DNA of 63,988 nucleotides, counting the filler, from Octopus bimaculoides (lineage: Eukaryota), in the NCBI RefSeq assembly GCF_001194135.2. It is 7 parts of 6 records of this genome, joined end to end, with 100 filler letters (N's around TTAATTAATTAA, not from the genome) between each part and the next. Parts side by side here need not be neighbours in the genome. Positions count along the whole stretch, not along the records: positions 1 to 29,391 come from NC_068983.1; 6 more parts are not named here. One strand, 5' to 3'. Shown piece by piece: positions 12,020 through 24,557 of this stretch. A program made the position numbers and the translations under genes. How positions within the stretch are numbered: the first letter of the stretch is position 1; every line of letters begins with the position of its first letter. A model generated the notes under the pieces. That model was not told where the DNA came from. It saw only the letters and a program-made list of their open reading frames with translations, and did no database searches.

Positions 12020-12370
12020 ATTACTAGCATGGTACATTCATCTAATCCTAACTTAAAACTAATATCATCATTAACAAGTGTGGACCAAGAATCTAAGGCT
12101 TTCTGACTTTCGGCATATTAAGTTTAAGTCATCCTTTAAACAGGGGGCAGTTTATTTTCGGAGCATGATTTAGCCTGTTTCAATGTCAATGACAAACAGA
12201 CAAGAGCAACTATGAATAGCAGCGGTGAGAATCTACCACCGTGGGTTAAAGCCCTTCCTTTGCTCATTTCGCGTAACTGATCTGCACCTGATGTTAGCAC
12301 ACAGCTACATTTGGCATACTATTTGGTAAGAACTGGACAACGTTCTCAACCATCCCGTATATATTGATGT
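12020..12370 (-). mobile_element. R4/Dong-like RT fragment
   Basis: Minus strand: HGGRFSPLLFIVALVCLSLTLKQAK...FKDDL.L...LDS.VH (cf. QGDSLSPLLFVIALIPL...FMDDLKL...LDSLV). Confidence 0.55.
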
Positions 12371-12470
12371 ATTTTAGGGCGGCACGCTATCATATGCCTT
12401 TTGGCAATCAAATAACGCAGTTACTAAGTTTTCCTTTCTGTTCTTTAACTTTAGGTCATTTGTCCCGCTT

Positions 12471-12549
<79 letters not shown>

Positions 12550-12639
12550 ACTTTTACCTTTTCGGAGAACATGGTAATCTAAATATAATAGGTCATTTGT
12601 CCCACTTTACAACAACAATAACAACTACTACTACTACTG

Positions 12640-12675
<36 letters not shown>

Positions 12676-12690
12676 GTGCTGCTGCTGTTG

Positions 12691-12731
<41 letters not shown>

Positions 12732-12749
12732 GTTGCTGCTGCTGCTGCA

Positions 12750-12806
<57 letters not shown>

Positions 12807-12873
12807 GTTGCTGCTGCTGCTGCAACTACTACTACTACTAATAATAATAATAATAATACTGCTGCTGCTGCTG

Positions 12874-12938
<65 letters not shown>
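12471..12938. repeat. Compound (ACT)n/(GCT)n/(AAT)n trinucleotide arrays
   Basis: Direct sequence; source of the poly-T/S/L/V ORFs in the track. Confidence 0.97.
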
Positions 12939-12939
<1 letters not shown>

Positions 12940-13155
12940 AGGTAGAGAGCTGGCAGAATCGTTAGCACGCCGGCCAAAATGCCTAGCTGCATTTCGTCCC
13001 TCTTTGGTTTCCTGAGGCCAAATTTCTCTGAGGTTGACTTTGGCTTTCATCCTTTCGGAGACGAAAAAATAAGTACCAGTTGAGTACTGGGTCGATGTAA
13101 TCGACTTAGCGCTCCTCTCCGAAATAGCTCACCTTGTGCCAAAATTTGAAACCAT
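12939..13155 (+). mobile_element. tRNA-derived SINE, family 1
   Basis: A-box-like AGCTGGCAGAATCGTTAGC, core ...aagtaccagttgagtactgggtcgatgtaatcgac, tail ccttgtgcc..accattatt. Matches the copies at 30695, 38404 and 53105. Confidence 0.85.
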
Positions 13156-13227
13156 TATTGTTATTGATATTATTCTTATTATTATTGCTTTTGATTTTTG
13201 CTGTCGTTATTTTTTTTAACGTAATTA

Positions 13228-13385
13228 CCGTATTTTAACGTGTATGAGGAACCAATTTTTGTCAAAAACTAGGTTAAAAAGATATGAGAGTTTCTTATAC
13301 ATAAATAATATTATAAGCCCTTACAAAAAACCTCTTTTCCAAATTTTAAGCACCCAAAATTAGGGGTCCCTTATACACGAGGGTT
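13228..13385. mobile_element. Tc2/pogo-like terminal fragment
   Basis: TA-CCGTATTTTAACGTGTAT start, with an inverted TTATACACG at ~13370. Confidence 0.35.
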
Positions 13386-13539
13386 CGGATCTTTGTGGTT
13401 TTCATCACTGTTTATAATTTTGTTCTAATTGTTTCCAAATTTGGTTTATCGATTAAGTTTTGTATACTAATTATGAAAATGAAATTCCTTTTCCCTATAA
13501 ATTCATGATTAAAAAGTTATTAGCCTTTGAAATTTGCAA

Positions 13540-13918
13540 AATTTAGGTATTTTAGCCAATCATACGCGAGTATTTTACACATCCGTTTCCGTAGTAGCCA
13601 AAAGCGAGTATTTTTTACACACTGTTTCCATAGCAACCAAAGATGCTGCGCATGCAGACAACGAGTGTAGGAAACAAACGCTGGTATGGGACAAACCGCT
13701 CTATGTTGACTCTTATCTTTCTGAATTTATGTGGAGAAGGCGATATGAGAAAGATAATTTATTTTATAATATCATAGAGTGTATGGCAAATTTTCGTTCT
13801 TAAAACTTTTTAACTAATAAATGTCCGTTTGAAACAATGTTTTGACTGTTATTTCTCCTCTTAGTTTGTTCATAGTTTTTAAATATTTAATTTGCTCGCG
13901 AATGTTGTAATGTTAACC
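13540..13918 (+). mobile_element. Merlin (IS1595/ISXO2-like) transposon deletion derivative
   Basis: YVDSYLSEFMWRRRYEKDNLFYNIIECMANF* matches the Merlin transposase C-terminus (xDSYLxEFMWRR). Putative right end ...gtaatgttaaCC at 13918. Confidence 0.6.
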
Positions 13919-14189
13919 TGCAGTTTAATTCGTGCACAAAACTTGCTTTGTAGCAACATTTCTCATTTCACAATGATAATTTTCAAACGTCAAAATGTTA
14001 TTTCAAAATCAAGCAAATAGGTTGATGTTGTGCTCGTTGTTTCCGGGAGTAAATATTAGACCATAGTGCAAAAGAAATATATTGTTTTTCTCCATTTATT
14101 TTGAAGACACTTATCGCTTGCAGTTTTTTTTTTTCATTCTCTAAAAGTGTGTAACTTCAAGATGATACTAATACTGTAATATTTATAAC

Positions 14190-14830
14190 TTTAGCATTAT
14201 TTGTTGTTATTATGGATACGTTCTAACCTAGGCCGCAACAACACAGCCAACAGCCATACTTCTCGGTACATCATCACTGCCATGAGGTCCTGGATACATT
14301 CCAGGCAGGCTTCTCGAATTAAGTTGTCGATGTGTGACGACATTTTCCTCTTCTTATATCACCATGAAGTGGGTTCTAGAAGACAAATTAGGATCCTTTC
14401 AGATCAGGGTGGGGCACGCAGTGACCAGATATTTGTAACCGTCTTTGCTTGACATTCTCGCTAACTTTCGGGAAGATCACGAAGGCACAAGCATGGACAG
14501 CCTGCTGCAAACTAAAGACGGTCTGGAACTCGAAATGAAGCTGTTCATTGCAACTCTCAAATCAGTGCTATTATATGGTAAGGAAACATGGACTCGGTCC
14601 TTTAGTATTATCCGTGTCGTTGGTCTTTGAAAAAGCAACAATTCATCCATAGGTGAAATTCCTTTGAATTCCTATAAACGAAACGGATGTATAAAGTGAT
14701 ATACAATGATATCATAATACATAACAATGCCATGATATGCAACGGTATCGTAAAGAACTCAAATTAGGCCACACATGGTTTCGGCACGTGATAGAAGAAT
14801 GCGTGTGCATCACTTAAGTCGGTCAGTCGG
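14190..14830 (+). mobile_element. RTE-clade LINE fragment
   Basis: AWTACCKLKTVWNS..MKLFIATLKSVLLYGKETWT (cf. RTE LLYGCETWT). Confidence 0.65.
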
Positions 14831-16323
14831 ACAAGTGTTCAAGCAACACCAAGAGAAAATGCGCATAATTTCCAAATTACTTAACTTATTGACTATACAT
14901 CGCGTTGTCCTACCTGTATGGCGAGACTCAGTTTAAGTCCTTCTGTATATCGGACGCTCAATTCCATTTCCATTTTCTCTCTCGCACAATGAGTTATATG
15001 TAAATTATTCACATTGCCTCAGATTACACCAATATAATTTTTTGTGAAAACATATTTTCTATTTTACCTTACCTTTATTGATAACTGATTGTTTTTTAAT
15101 GCTATACACAATTACATTAAATTACTTTCCTACATAAAGTAATATGATTAAAATTGAATAGTGTAAAGTATCCTGTAATATTAATCACTTTAACGATTCG
15201 GAATTTGTGCCAATATTGTTTTAACTATATATATATATATATATATATNNNNNNNNNNNNNNNNNNNNNNNNNNNNNNNNNNNNNNNNNNNNNNNNNNNN
15301 NNNNNNNNNNNTGAAAACTGATATTGACAGAAATATTTTTAATCATAAGACATACTTTACATTATAACTTCCAGTACAGCATTTCAATAATATACAGACC
15401 TGAATAAAAAAAAAAAATATCGGCTTGTTGTTTTAAAATGTTTCAAACATTACATGAAATGTAGAAATACAGAACCTAAAATTTTACGTATTCGGATTGA
15501 GCAAATGAATTGCTTAGAGGAAAATTTATATAGAAGCTTTTTTATTTCCAACAATATCACCTGAGAATGTTGATGACATTAAAGGAAAACTGAGAGTTCT
15601 ATTCCTAAATTACAGAGAAAATTGGCGAGTATAGCTTCAGGTTGTTTACTTATTGATGTTTAGTTAAAACTATAGACATATGAATACATTTCAATAAATT
15701 CTATGAATAAATGAAAGAATCAGAGGGTAAAGGTATTACCAGGAAGAAACAGAATTGTATCCAAACCTAAGTGCAGGATATTTTGTATATTGTGAACACT
15801 TAAGGCAGCGTAGAGGAGAGAGAGAGAGAGAATGCGTTACTGAATAATTCAAGAAGTTTGGTTGACATATCTATTTCTAGAAGAGACAAAAAAGTTTCCA
15901 AGTGAGAGAGAACAATTGTGGACTATGAGTGAATTGGTGCAGAAAGCTTATTTTATGCCATATCTTTAGGTTACAGGAATATCGATTGGGTTCAACAAGA
16001 GTTTTTTTTCTTTTAGTTTCATAATCAAAATAACCTGCTCAATTCATTTGTCACCAGGGCCCATTTATTAAACAAATACGTATTTTTCAACACGCGGGGG
16101 ACGTATATACACTGCTATGTAGACAAATGAATTTGAGTAACACTAAACAAAGTACTGAGCCATTAAAATGTGAAGTACCTCCACCCACACTATATATAAA
16201 TAAATGAACGATATATAAGTAAATAATATATAAAATATCAATATAAATAACAATATATACATAAACGAAGGAACATTCGAAAAAAAAAGCAAATAAGGTT
16301 ATTCTACCCATACATGGGTGGGT

Positions 16324-16499
16324 CCTTTCAAAGGGCCAGCCTTGTCACACAGTGTCACGCTGAATATGCCCGAGAACTAAGTTAAGGGCACACGTGTCTG
16401 TGGAGTGCTCAGCCACTTGCACGTTAATTTCACGAGCAGGCTGTTCCGTTGATCGGATCAACTGGAACCCTCAACGTTGTAAGCGACGGAGTGCCAACA
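16324..16499 (+). mobile_element. 5'-truncated retroposon with short (CAA) tail and 12-bp TSD
   Basis: ACATGGGTGGGT at 16312-16323 and 16500-16511 flanks 176 bp ending gtgccaaca. Confidence 0.75.
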
Positions 16500-16939
16500 A
16501 CATGGGTGGGTGAAATCTCCCCATATTTAGCTAATGTTTCCTTTAACCTAGGGAACTAGAAATACATGCGAACAGGGAAGTACACACGTTTTATTGTTGG
16601 GCTCCTTAATCTTACCAAGCATACTTCTTAAGGTGATTTTGATGATATACCAGATCATCATTCTCACTTCTAAGAGTTGTGGATGTTATGGCTTCCTAGT
16701 AAATGATTTCCGCTTCCTGGTTTACCAAGCATGTCTTAGGTCTAGCTCCCCGCATCCATCCAACTCTCCAGTATAGTTTTGTTTAACACATTTTAACTCT
16801 GGGATGGTAGGCCGTTCAATTTAGCTTGTATTTATTACCTGACAGAGCTGGATTATCGCTTAGCGCAAATGAGTCGGGCTCTAAATCTTACTGGTCATCA
16901 GCACCTACCTTTGAAAACGAAATTCTGTTTAATCGGGTA

Positions 16940-17529
16940 TTTTCGGAAATATTGCATCAAAGCTTATTAACCCGGAACTACCAAGCCAATGTGATAAAAA
17001 ATGGAGCTGACTCAAAATGCCGATTCTGTAACGATGCGATTGAAACTATAGACCTCTTAATCTCAGGGTGTAGAGTCTTAGCACCTGTAGAATATAAAGC
17101 AAGACATGACAGAGTTGGCCAGTATTTACACTGGACAATATGTCAGCATTATAAAATCAAAACCGCTGACGTATGGTATAAACACCATCCTGAAGCTGTG
17201 ACTGAGGGAGAAAATGTATCGATTCTCTGGGACTTCCTCGTACATACCGACAAGACTATAAAAGCTAATAAACCGGATATTATTATAAAAGATCAGACAA
17301 AGAAGACGTGTTTATTAATTGACATGAGTATTCCCTGTGATCATAATATAGCGGCGAAAGAATTTGACAAGATCAGTAAATATAAAGACTTGCTAATAGA
17401 AATTGAAAAAATGTAGCACCTCATAGCGACTACCGTACCAGTGATTGTAGGATCTCTAGGAATGATAAAAAAAAAGGGACTGAAACCTATTTGAAAATGA
17501 TACCAGGCTTACCATCCCTACAGGAAGTG
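16940..17529 (+). mobile_element. R4/Dong-like element, CCHC knuckle + RLE endonuclease
   Basis: ORF 16826-17416: QSLLTRNY..CRFC...ETIDLLISGC..L...YKARHDRV..LHW...WY.H.P...LWD...ANKPDIII....CLLIDMSIP.D.N...KE..KISKYKDL. Confidence 0.92.
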
Positions 17530-17772
17530 NNNNNNNNNNNNNNNNNNNNNNNNNNNNNNNNNNNNNNNNNNNNNNNNNNNNNNNNNNNNNNNNNNNNNNN
17601 NNNNNNNNNNNNNNNNNNNNNNNNNNNNNNNNNNNNNNNNNNNNNNNNNNNNNNNNNNNNNNNNNNNNNNNNNNNNNNNNNNNNNNNNNNNNNNNNNNNN
17701 NNNNNNNNNNNNNNNNNNNNNNNNNNNNNNNNNNNNNNNNNNNNNNNNNNNNNNNNNNNNNNNNNNNNNNNN

Positions 17773-17826
<54 letters not shown>

Positions 17827-17833
17827 TAATAAC

Positions 17834-17891
<58 letters not shown>

Positions 17892-17915
17892 TTAATAATA
17901 ATAATAATAATAACA
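17773..17915. repeat. (TAA)n microsatellite
   Basis: Direct sequence. Confidence 0.97.
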
Positions 17916-18405
17916 TCAAATAACAGAATATGGACTAACAACAGAAAAAAGATGGTATAGGCACACGCCAGAAAAGGTCACGGAAAACTAGAAAGCAACC
18001 ATACTCTGGGATATGCCAATACACACAGACAGAGAAATTAAGGCCAATAGGCCAGATATAGTTGTCAGAGATCATGAAGAAAAAGAATGCTTTCTAATTG
18101 ATGTATCAATACCAGCAGATGACAACGTTTCCCTAAAAGAAATGGAGAAAATTTAAAAATACAAAGACCTGGAAACAGAGGTAACTCGAATGTGGAATCT
18201 AAAAACGCAAACAATTCCTATCATAGTAGGCGCCTTAGGTATGATAAAAAAATATTCAGACAAATAAATAACAAAAACACCAGGACTTACAAATATATAT
18301 AACAGAGAAAATTGCACTACTGGGCACTGCACACATCCTACGCAAAACACTTTCAATACAGTAACCATAAGAGCATCACAGCAAATAAAAATAAAACTAC
18401 TGAAT
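17916..18405 (+). mobile_element. R4/Dong-like element, second subfamily, 5'-truncated, embedded in (TAA)n
   Basis: WYRHTPEKVTE..ATILWDMPIHTDREIKANRPDIVVRD....CFLIDVSIPADDNVSLKEMEK..KYKDL...LGTAHILRKTLSIQ*; near-identical to 57180-57556. Confidence 0.92.
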
Positions 18406-18412
18406 AATAATG

Positions 18413-18466
<54 letters not shown>

Positions 18467-18791
18467 NNNNNNNNNNNNNNNNNNNNNNNNNNNNNNNNNN
18501 NNNNNNNNNNNNNNNNNNNNNNNNNNNNNNNNNNNNNNNNNNNNNNNNNNNNNNNNNNNNNNNNNNNNNNNNNNNNNNNNNNNNNNNNNNNNNNNNNNNN
18601 NNNNNNNNNNNNNNNNNNNNNNNNNNNNNNNNNNNNNNNNNNNNNNNNNNNNNNNNNNNNNNNNNNNNNNNNNNNNNNNNNNNNNNNNNNNNNNNNNNNN
18701 NNNNNNNNNNNNNNNNNNNNNNNNNNNNNNNNNNNNNNNNNNNNNNNNNNNNNNNNNNNNNNNNNNNNNNNNNNNNNNNNNNNNNNNNNNN

Positions 18792-18830
<39 letters not shown>

Positions 18831-20084
18831 ATGAGTATAGGTATAAATATATAAATGTTTATGTATATAAATGAATGTACACTATAGTGTGCATGAAGAT
18901 ATAGCGCATTCAACTCATTGATTTAGTGTTTTAGCTCGTTTTTCGTAGTTAGGAGATTTCGTTTGTATTTATCGTATTTTAGTTCTATTGTGTTTTTAGT
19001 TAGTTTTTCGTATTGAGTGCGTTTCGTTTTTCGTTTTGTGCCCATAAATAGAAAAATAGTTATCTCCTCTGTATTTACCTTATAATATTGTCGAAAAAAT
19101 ACTAAGTCTGATTTATCTTATAAATTTCTTTTATTTAGATTTTGATTAATATATAAACTAAGCGTTTACCAGATGTTTTTATACGTGTATATATGGAATT
19201 GTGTGTGTATGCATGATGTAAGTATATATAGAGATAAATACATAAACTTATATGTATGTATGTATTAATATATATGTAGGTATGTGCATATATTTATGGA
19301 TATATGCATGTAATTATATATTATTTATATTATTATATGATCGAACGCCACGCATCCTTTTCCAAGTAAGTATATATNNNNNNNNNNNNNNNNNNNNNNN
19401 NNNNNNNNNNNNNNNNNNNNNNNNNNNNNNNNNNNNNNNNNNNNNNNNNNNNNNNNNNNNNNNNNNNNNNNNNNNNNNNNNNNNNNNNNNNNNNNNNNNN
19501 NNNNNNNNNNNNNNNNNNNNNNNNNNNNNNNNNNNNNNNNNNNNNNNNNNNNNNNNNNNNNNNNNNNNNNNNNNNNNNNNNNNNNNNNNNNNNNNNNNNN
19601 NNNNNNNNNNNNNNNNNNNNNNNNNNNNNNNNNNNNNNNNNNNNNNNNNNNNNNNNNNNNNNNNNNNNNNNNNNNNNNNNNNNNNNNNNNNNNNNNNNNN
19701 NNNNNNNNNNNNNNNNNNNNNNNNNNNNNNNNNNNNNNNNNNNNNNNNNNNNNNNNNNNNNNNNNNNNNNNNNNNNNNNNNNNNNNNNNNNNNNNNNNNN
19801 NNNNNNNNNNNNNNNNNNNNNNNNNNNNNNNNNNNNNNNNNNNNNNNNNNNNNNNNNNNNNNNNNNNNNNNNNNNNNNNNNNNNNNNNNNNNNNNNNNNN
19901 NNNNNNNNNNNNNNNNNNNNNNNNNNNNNNNNNNNNNNNNNNNNNNNNNNNNNNNNNNNNNNNNNNNNNNNNNNNNNNNNNNNNNNNNNNNNNNNNNNNN
20001 NNNNNNNNNNNNNNNNNNNNNNNNNNNNNNNNNNNNNNNNNNNNNNNNNNNNNNNNNNNNNNNNNNNNNNNNNNNNNNNNNNNN

Positions 20085-20135
<51 letters not shown>

Positions 20136-20267
20136 TAATTGATAGGTTAGAGCTCAGGGGAACGCCGAGATAAATAGAACTTTTGATTATGCATTTTCCC
20201 TCGAAATGACCGTGTATCTCTAAACGCGATGCAACATACCTTAATGTAAATATCTGAAATTTGTCCT

Positions 20268-20466
20268 TTCTACTATAGGCACGGGGCTTGACAGTTTAGG
20301 GGAGGGAGCCTTTTGATTAGATCAACCCCAGTGCTCAATTGGAACTTTTTTATTGATCTCGAAAGGTAAATTCGACTTCGGCAGAGTTTGAGCCCAGAAC
20401 ATAAAGGCAGACGAAATGACGCTAAACATGTTATCATGTATTCTAACGATTCTGTCCGCCTGCCAC
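20268..20466 (-). mobile_element. SINE family 1
   Basis: Reverse complement of the head, core and tail seen in other copies. Confidence 0.75.
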
Positions 20467-20528
20467 ATAAATGTCTGGAAATAATAATGACCAAAATTTG
20501 ATTAAAAAATAGAAAAACCCATAAAATA

Positions 20529-21790
20529 TCAAGGTCATCCCATAAGTTCTGTCCGAATTTTGAATAAACAAAACAAGTGATCAAATGTTATTTCTAATTG
20601 AAATTTAATCATCAATGCACTTTCCCTGATTATCTATGACTTCCTTCCATCTATTTACAAGCTTTTTAATCCCATCAATGTAAAACTCTTTTGGTTTCAA
20701 AGCGAAGAACTCTAAAATGTCAGTCTGGACCTCCTTCTAGCTTGCGAAAGTTACGTCCCCCAAATGATTCTGTAAACTACGAAATAAATAATTTTCTGAA
20801 GAAGCAAGGTTGGGAGAATAAGGTGAATGAGGATTTTTCCCCAACCAAGCTCTTCGATCTTCTGTAATGTGATCTTTGCAGTGTGGGGTCACGCATTGTC
20901 CTGATGAAACATCACTGCTTTTCGATTCAATAAAGCGGGTGTTTTCTTCTTCAACTCTTGGTTCAAACGCTCTTATTGCTAACAGTAGACTTGAGCATTG
21001 ATTGTTGCATTAGATGGTAACAATTCAACCAGATAGAGAGAATAAACTTTTTCCCATGAAGTTCCCTTCTCGGTTGTGGTTGAGCTTTTTCCCTTTTACC
21101 AAGCCACTGTTTACGACGTTTAACATTTCGATAGAAGATCCATTTTTTGTCACCACTCACAAGTTTATCCAAAAAGGATGAAATGAGTTCATGAGAATGG
21201 AGCGAAGAGCAAATATCAACTCGAGATTTGCAGTTGCTTTCGGAAAATTCATGAGGCACCTATTTTCCAATTTTAGGAACCTTTCCAAGTTGTTGAAGAT
21301 GACGATGAACAGTTGTATGGTTTGAACTAAGCTGTATTGCCAATTCTTCAACTGATAATGCATGATTTTCTTCAAGTAATACCTCAAGGAGCTTATCATC
21401 AAACTGAACTGGACGTTCTGTTCGATCTTCAGCTTCAAGGCTGAAATCTCCACTTCTGAATTTTGCAAACAATCTTCTGCAAGTTCTATCATTCAAGCAT
21501 TTTTTCTCATAAACTGAGTGTATGTTTCGAGTCGCTTTCGCTGCAGAGTTTCCATTTTTGTATTCATAAAGCTTTATGTGCCTCAAATGCTCTTTGGATA
21601 CTTTCATGTTAGAAAGAGTGTTAATCAAAGAAATTTTAATTCTATTATCTGTAAATTAATATTTAATTAGTTTACATGGACGCAAATGCATAAACGTATT
21701 TGTTAATTCCATTAGACATTCTAAAATACTATTAAATTTCATTCAGTTTTAAAAATTGTAAAATCGGACCGAACTTATGGGATGACCTGA
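20529..21790 (-). mobile_element. Mariner (DD34D) transposon, complete with both TIRs, transposase disrupted
   Basis: TIRs TCA(A)GGTCATCCCATAAGTTC[T/G]GTCCGA with flanking TA. Minus strand: HLRH..LYEY..G.SAAKA.RNI, F.KFRSGDFSLE, GK*VPHE, GDKKWIFY, HQDNARPH. Confidence 0.95.
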
Positions 21791-24557
21791 TATTATGTGC
21801 TCTGGCAGTGGTTTTCAAATGCTTATAATACAGAATCCCAAGACTTGAGCGTTGTACAAAAAAGTTATTTTATGTATTGCATACATATTATGTAGCGTAT
21901 AGTAAAATAGCAAGACCAAAACAAAATTCAACAACCAATACGCACAGAAGTGAGCTCTTGTATTTATAGAATATAAATTATATTTTGTGGTTTATAGCTT
22001 TATTTTAATAATTTCTTTATTTTCTTCTCTCTCTGTGAGTTTCTGTTTTGTTGCGTGATGATCACGTTTCTTGTGTATTGTATAACGTGTAATAAAATAT
22101 CCTGATATCGGGTGTCGATTGTGTAAAATATGTATGGTGGTTGTTATTCAATATTATAGGGTGGTATTTTTGTAGAGTGTGAGTTATTAGTTGGATGTTT
22201 CCTGAAACCATGTAGCCAATTGGCACGCATATTGGCTGTCAAAAGGAAGCGAAGTCTTGGTTTGATCCCTAACCAGCGCCAATAACCAAAAAGGCGTTGG
22301 CAAACAGTCCAGGCACCTAACTGACGAACAACTAGATAAAAAACAGTAACAAGGGCAGCAGCAGTAGCTGTAAACGTAACAGTAACGTCAATAACAATAC
22401 AGCCAAAAGTATCAGAAAGAAAGGAACCCGCAATAATAGTTACTAGATGCAAACCAATATCAGTAACATCAAGAAGTAAAGCAACAATAACGGCAACAAC
22501 AAAAGACCTCCCCCGCAAAAAAAAAATGCAGCCAGAAGAGCAGAAACAACAATAACTACACATCCCTCCGAAAGAACATCAAAGAATCGATGAAGTATTT
22601 ACACTCCCATAATAACACAATGTTTACCTTGGGCGACGAATTCGATGAGGTAAAGATATCAAAAATCTGATACGGCAAACGTTTGATGAGAACTACATCA
22701 CAGGTGTATCTATTCCCCGGGAACTCTTTTCGAAATAATGTAAGAGTATTCCAAAGAAGTTTTGGTGATAAGTATTTGGAAATATTTCGTATAGCAAAAC
22801 GGGAATAAGTGATTTTCTCCTCCCAAATTTTGCTTGCGTGTCATTTTTCTCCTAATGATATGCTTTAACTAAACGTAGGTGGCATAAGTGTAAGTGACTT
22901 AGGGTCAACATGGAAGAAGAGATATTGCTCAATGATCTCAAGTTACTGAGTGTAGATGAGATAGTCGTTAGTAGATCATACTATCCGAGACGTAATTTCT
23001 CATCTTCCTGTGGATAATTATGAGGGTTCAGTGGAACTGGATCGAGTGATGTAATTTACTGTTTTGGAAAATCCAAGGACTACAGAAAAATACATTATGT
23101 TTGAATCAATTGCTAAAATAAAATGTTCTGAACGTAAATGACATTGAGCGTGACAGCGACTATTACGCCTTAATTAGGTCGGAGAAATTACGTTTATTCA
23201 GACGTCTACAGAACTTCCTTGGAACATATTTCTGCTTAGTGCGAGGACCAACTAAAATGGTATAATGGATGCACGCATAGAGTGCATGAAAGCAGCCGGT
23301 AGAAGAAGTACTAAAGTATTGCCAGCCGTCTTCGGCACTTTTGCGAATACAACAGTATAGAGGCAGTATAAACACAGCTGATAATCCAGGCTGTTTTTAG
23401 GGATTTTCGTTGTTAACAGATAGTATTATCATCATTTATTAAGAATTGCGCATATGTCATTACATGAACCCTAACCTCGTCAGTTCTACTGTCAATAACA
23501 CGGTTACTGTACGCTAAACGTGCACTTCCGGTGAGAAAAGATTTCAAATACAGTATCTTCAGTAACAGGTGGTAGTCAGGCTAAAGAGAAAATTTATACC
23601 AGCAGCGGTTAGATATATTAAAGAGAGCTATATAGTACACAAAAGGATTCAGTTATCCAGTTTAAAAAATGTTCATAGATGGGGCATCGCAACCGATGTA
23701 CTAGTAGTTAGAATTACTCTCTAAACACATTTTCCACGCTAAACATGAGGCTGGTTTGCTCTGAGATCTCTTGGGATTTGTGTTGGCGAAAGTACAAAGT
23801 CGTCCAAAATCATTCGATAAAGAATGCCATCACTACATGGCGACTGTCATAAAAGCAATTGGTTTTATCCTGTTAAGAGAGGTTAGATCTCCGAAAACGT
23901 ATAGCGGCATCTTTTCTCTTACTAAACAAAAGAGGTATCTGTCAGAAAATTTTGGTATCGAACACTTGGTCTGTTAATAATGCCTATTTTTCTGTCTCCT
24001 GTTTACATTAGCTACGAAGTCATTACTGTAAATGCAGGAGATTTTGAAGCGCATCACGCTCGAAGTGGGTTGTAGAAGATCGGACGAAGTTACTGTCATG
24101 ATCGTCATCATTATTATCTTCATAAATATCATCATCATTGTCGTAGTCGTCGGCATCATTCTCCTCACCGTTATCGTCATCTTCAACATTATCGCTATCA
24201 CCATCATTATCATCGTCTTCGTAGTCCTCATCCACCTTCTCATCTTCTTCAGCAGATTAATGCGAATAACTACTGTACCACAATTTCACCTCTGTGTTCC
24301 TGAAGTGTGTACACGATCGTGTACTGCGGGAATGGAATTTGGTTTGTACACCATATCTGTTTTGCAGTTTCCTTTTAATTTTGTTATTGATATTTACTAA
24401 AAGGATTTATCGGTTGATCTTGCATAATAAGTGCTAAATTTGTTGCGTTATGTTCCATGTGGTTTACGCGTGCTTTGTGGAGTGTGTTATGTTGTTTACT
24501 GACGGTTGGTGATTGCATAAGAGAGTATATGATGTGGGGTTTTGTGGCTTCTATTGC

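Noticed and set aside
12579-12992. Poly-S/T/L/V ORFs (also 17456-17941, 25446-25715, 53660-54236)
   Set aside because: Translations of trinucleotide microsatellites, open in several frames and on both strands.
21806-21819. hAT/Charlie-like end CAGTGGTTTTCAAA
   Set aside because: No partner TIR or 8-bp TSD found.
22215-22305. Two small hairpins around a B-box-like GGTTTGATCCC
   Set aside because: Does not fold into a tRNA cloverleaf; most likely a decayed SINE head.
24023-24235. Acidic Asp/Glu-rich ORF on minus
   Set aside because: In-frame stop just upstream, no acceptor; explained by degenerate (GAT)n sequence.
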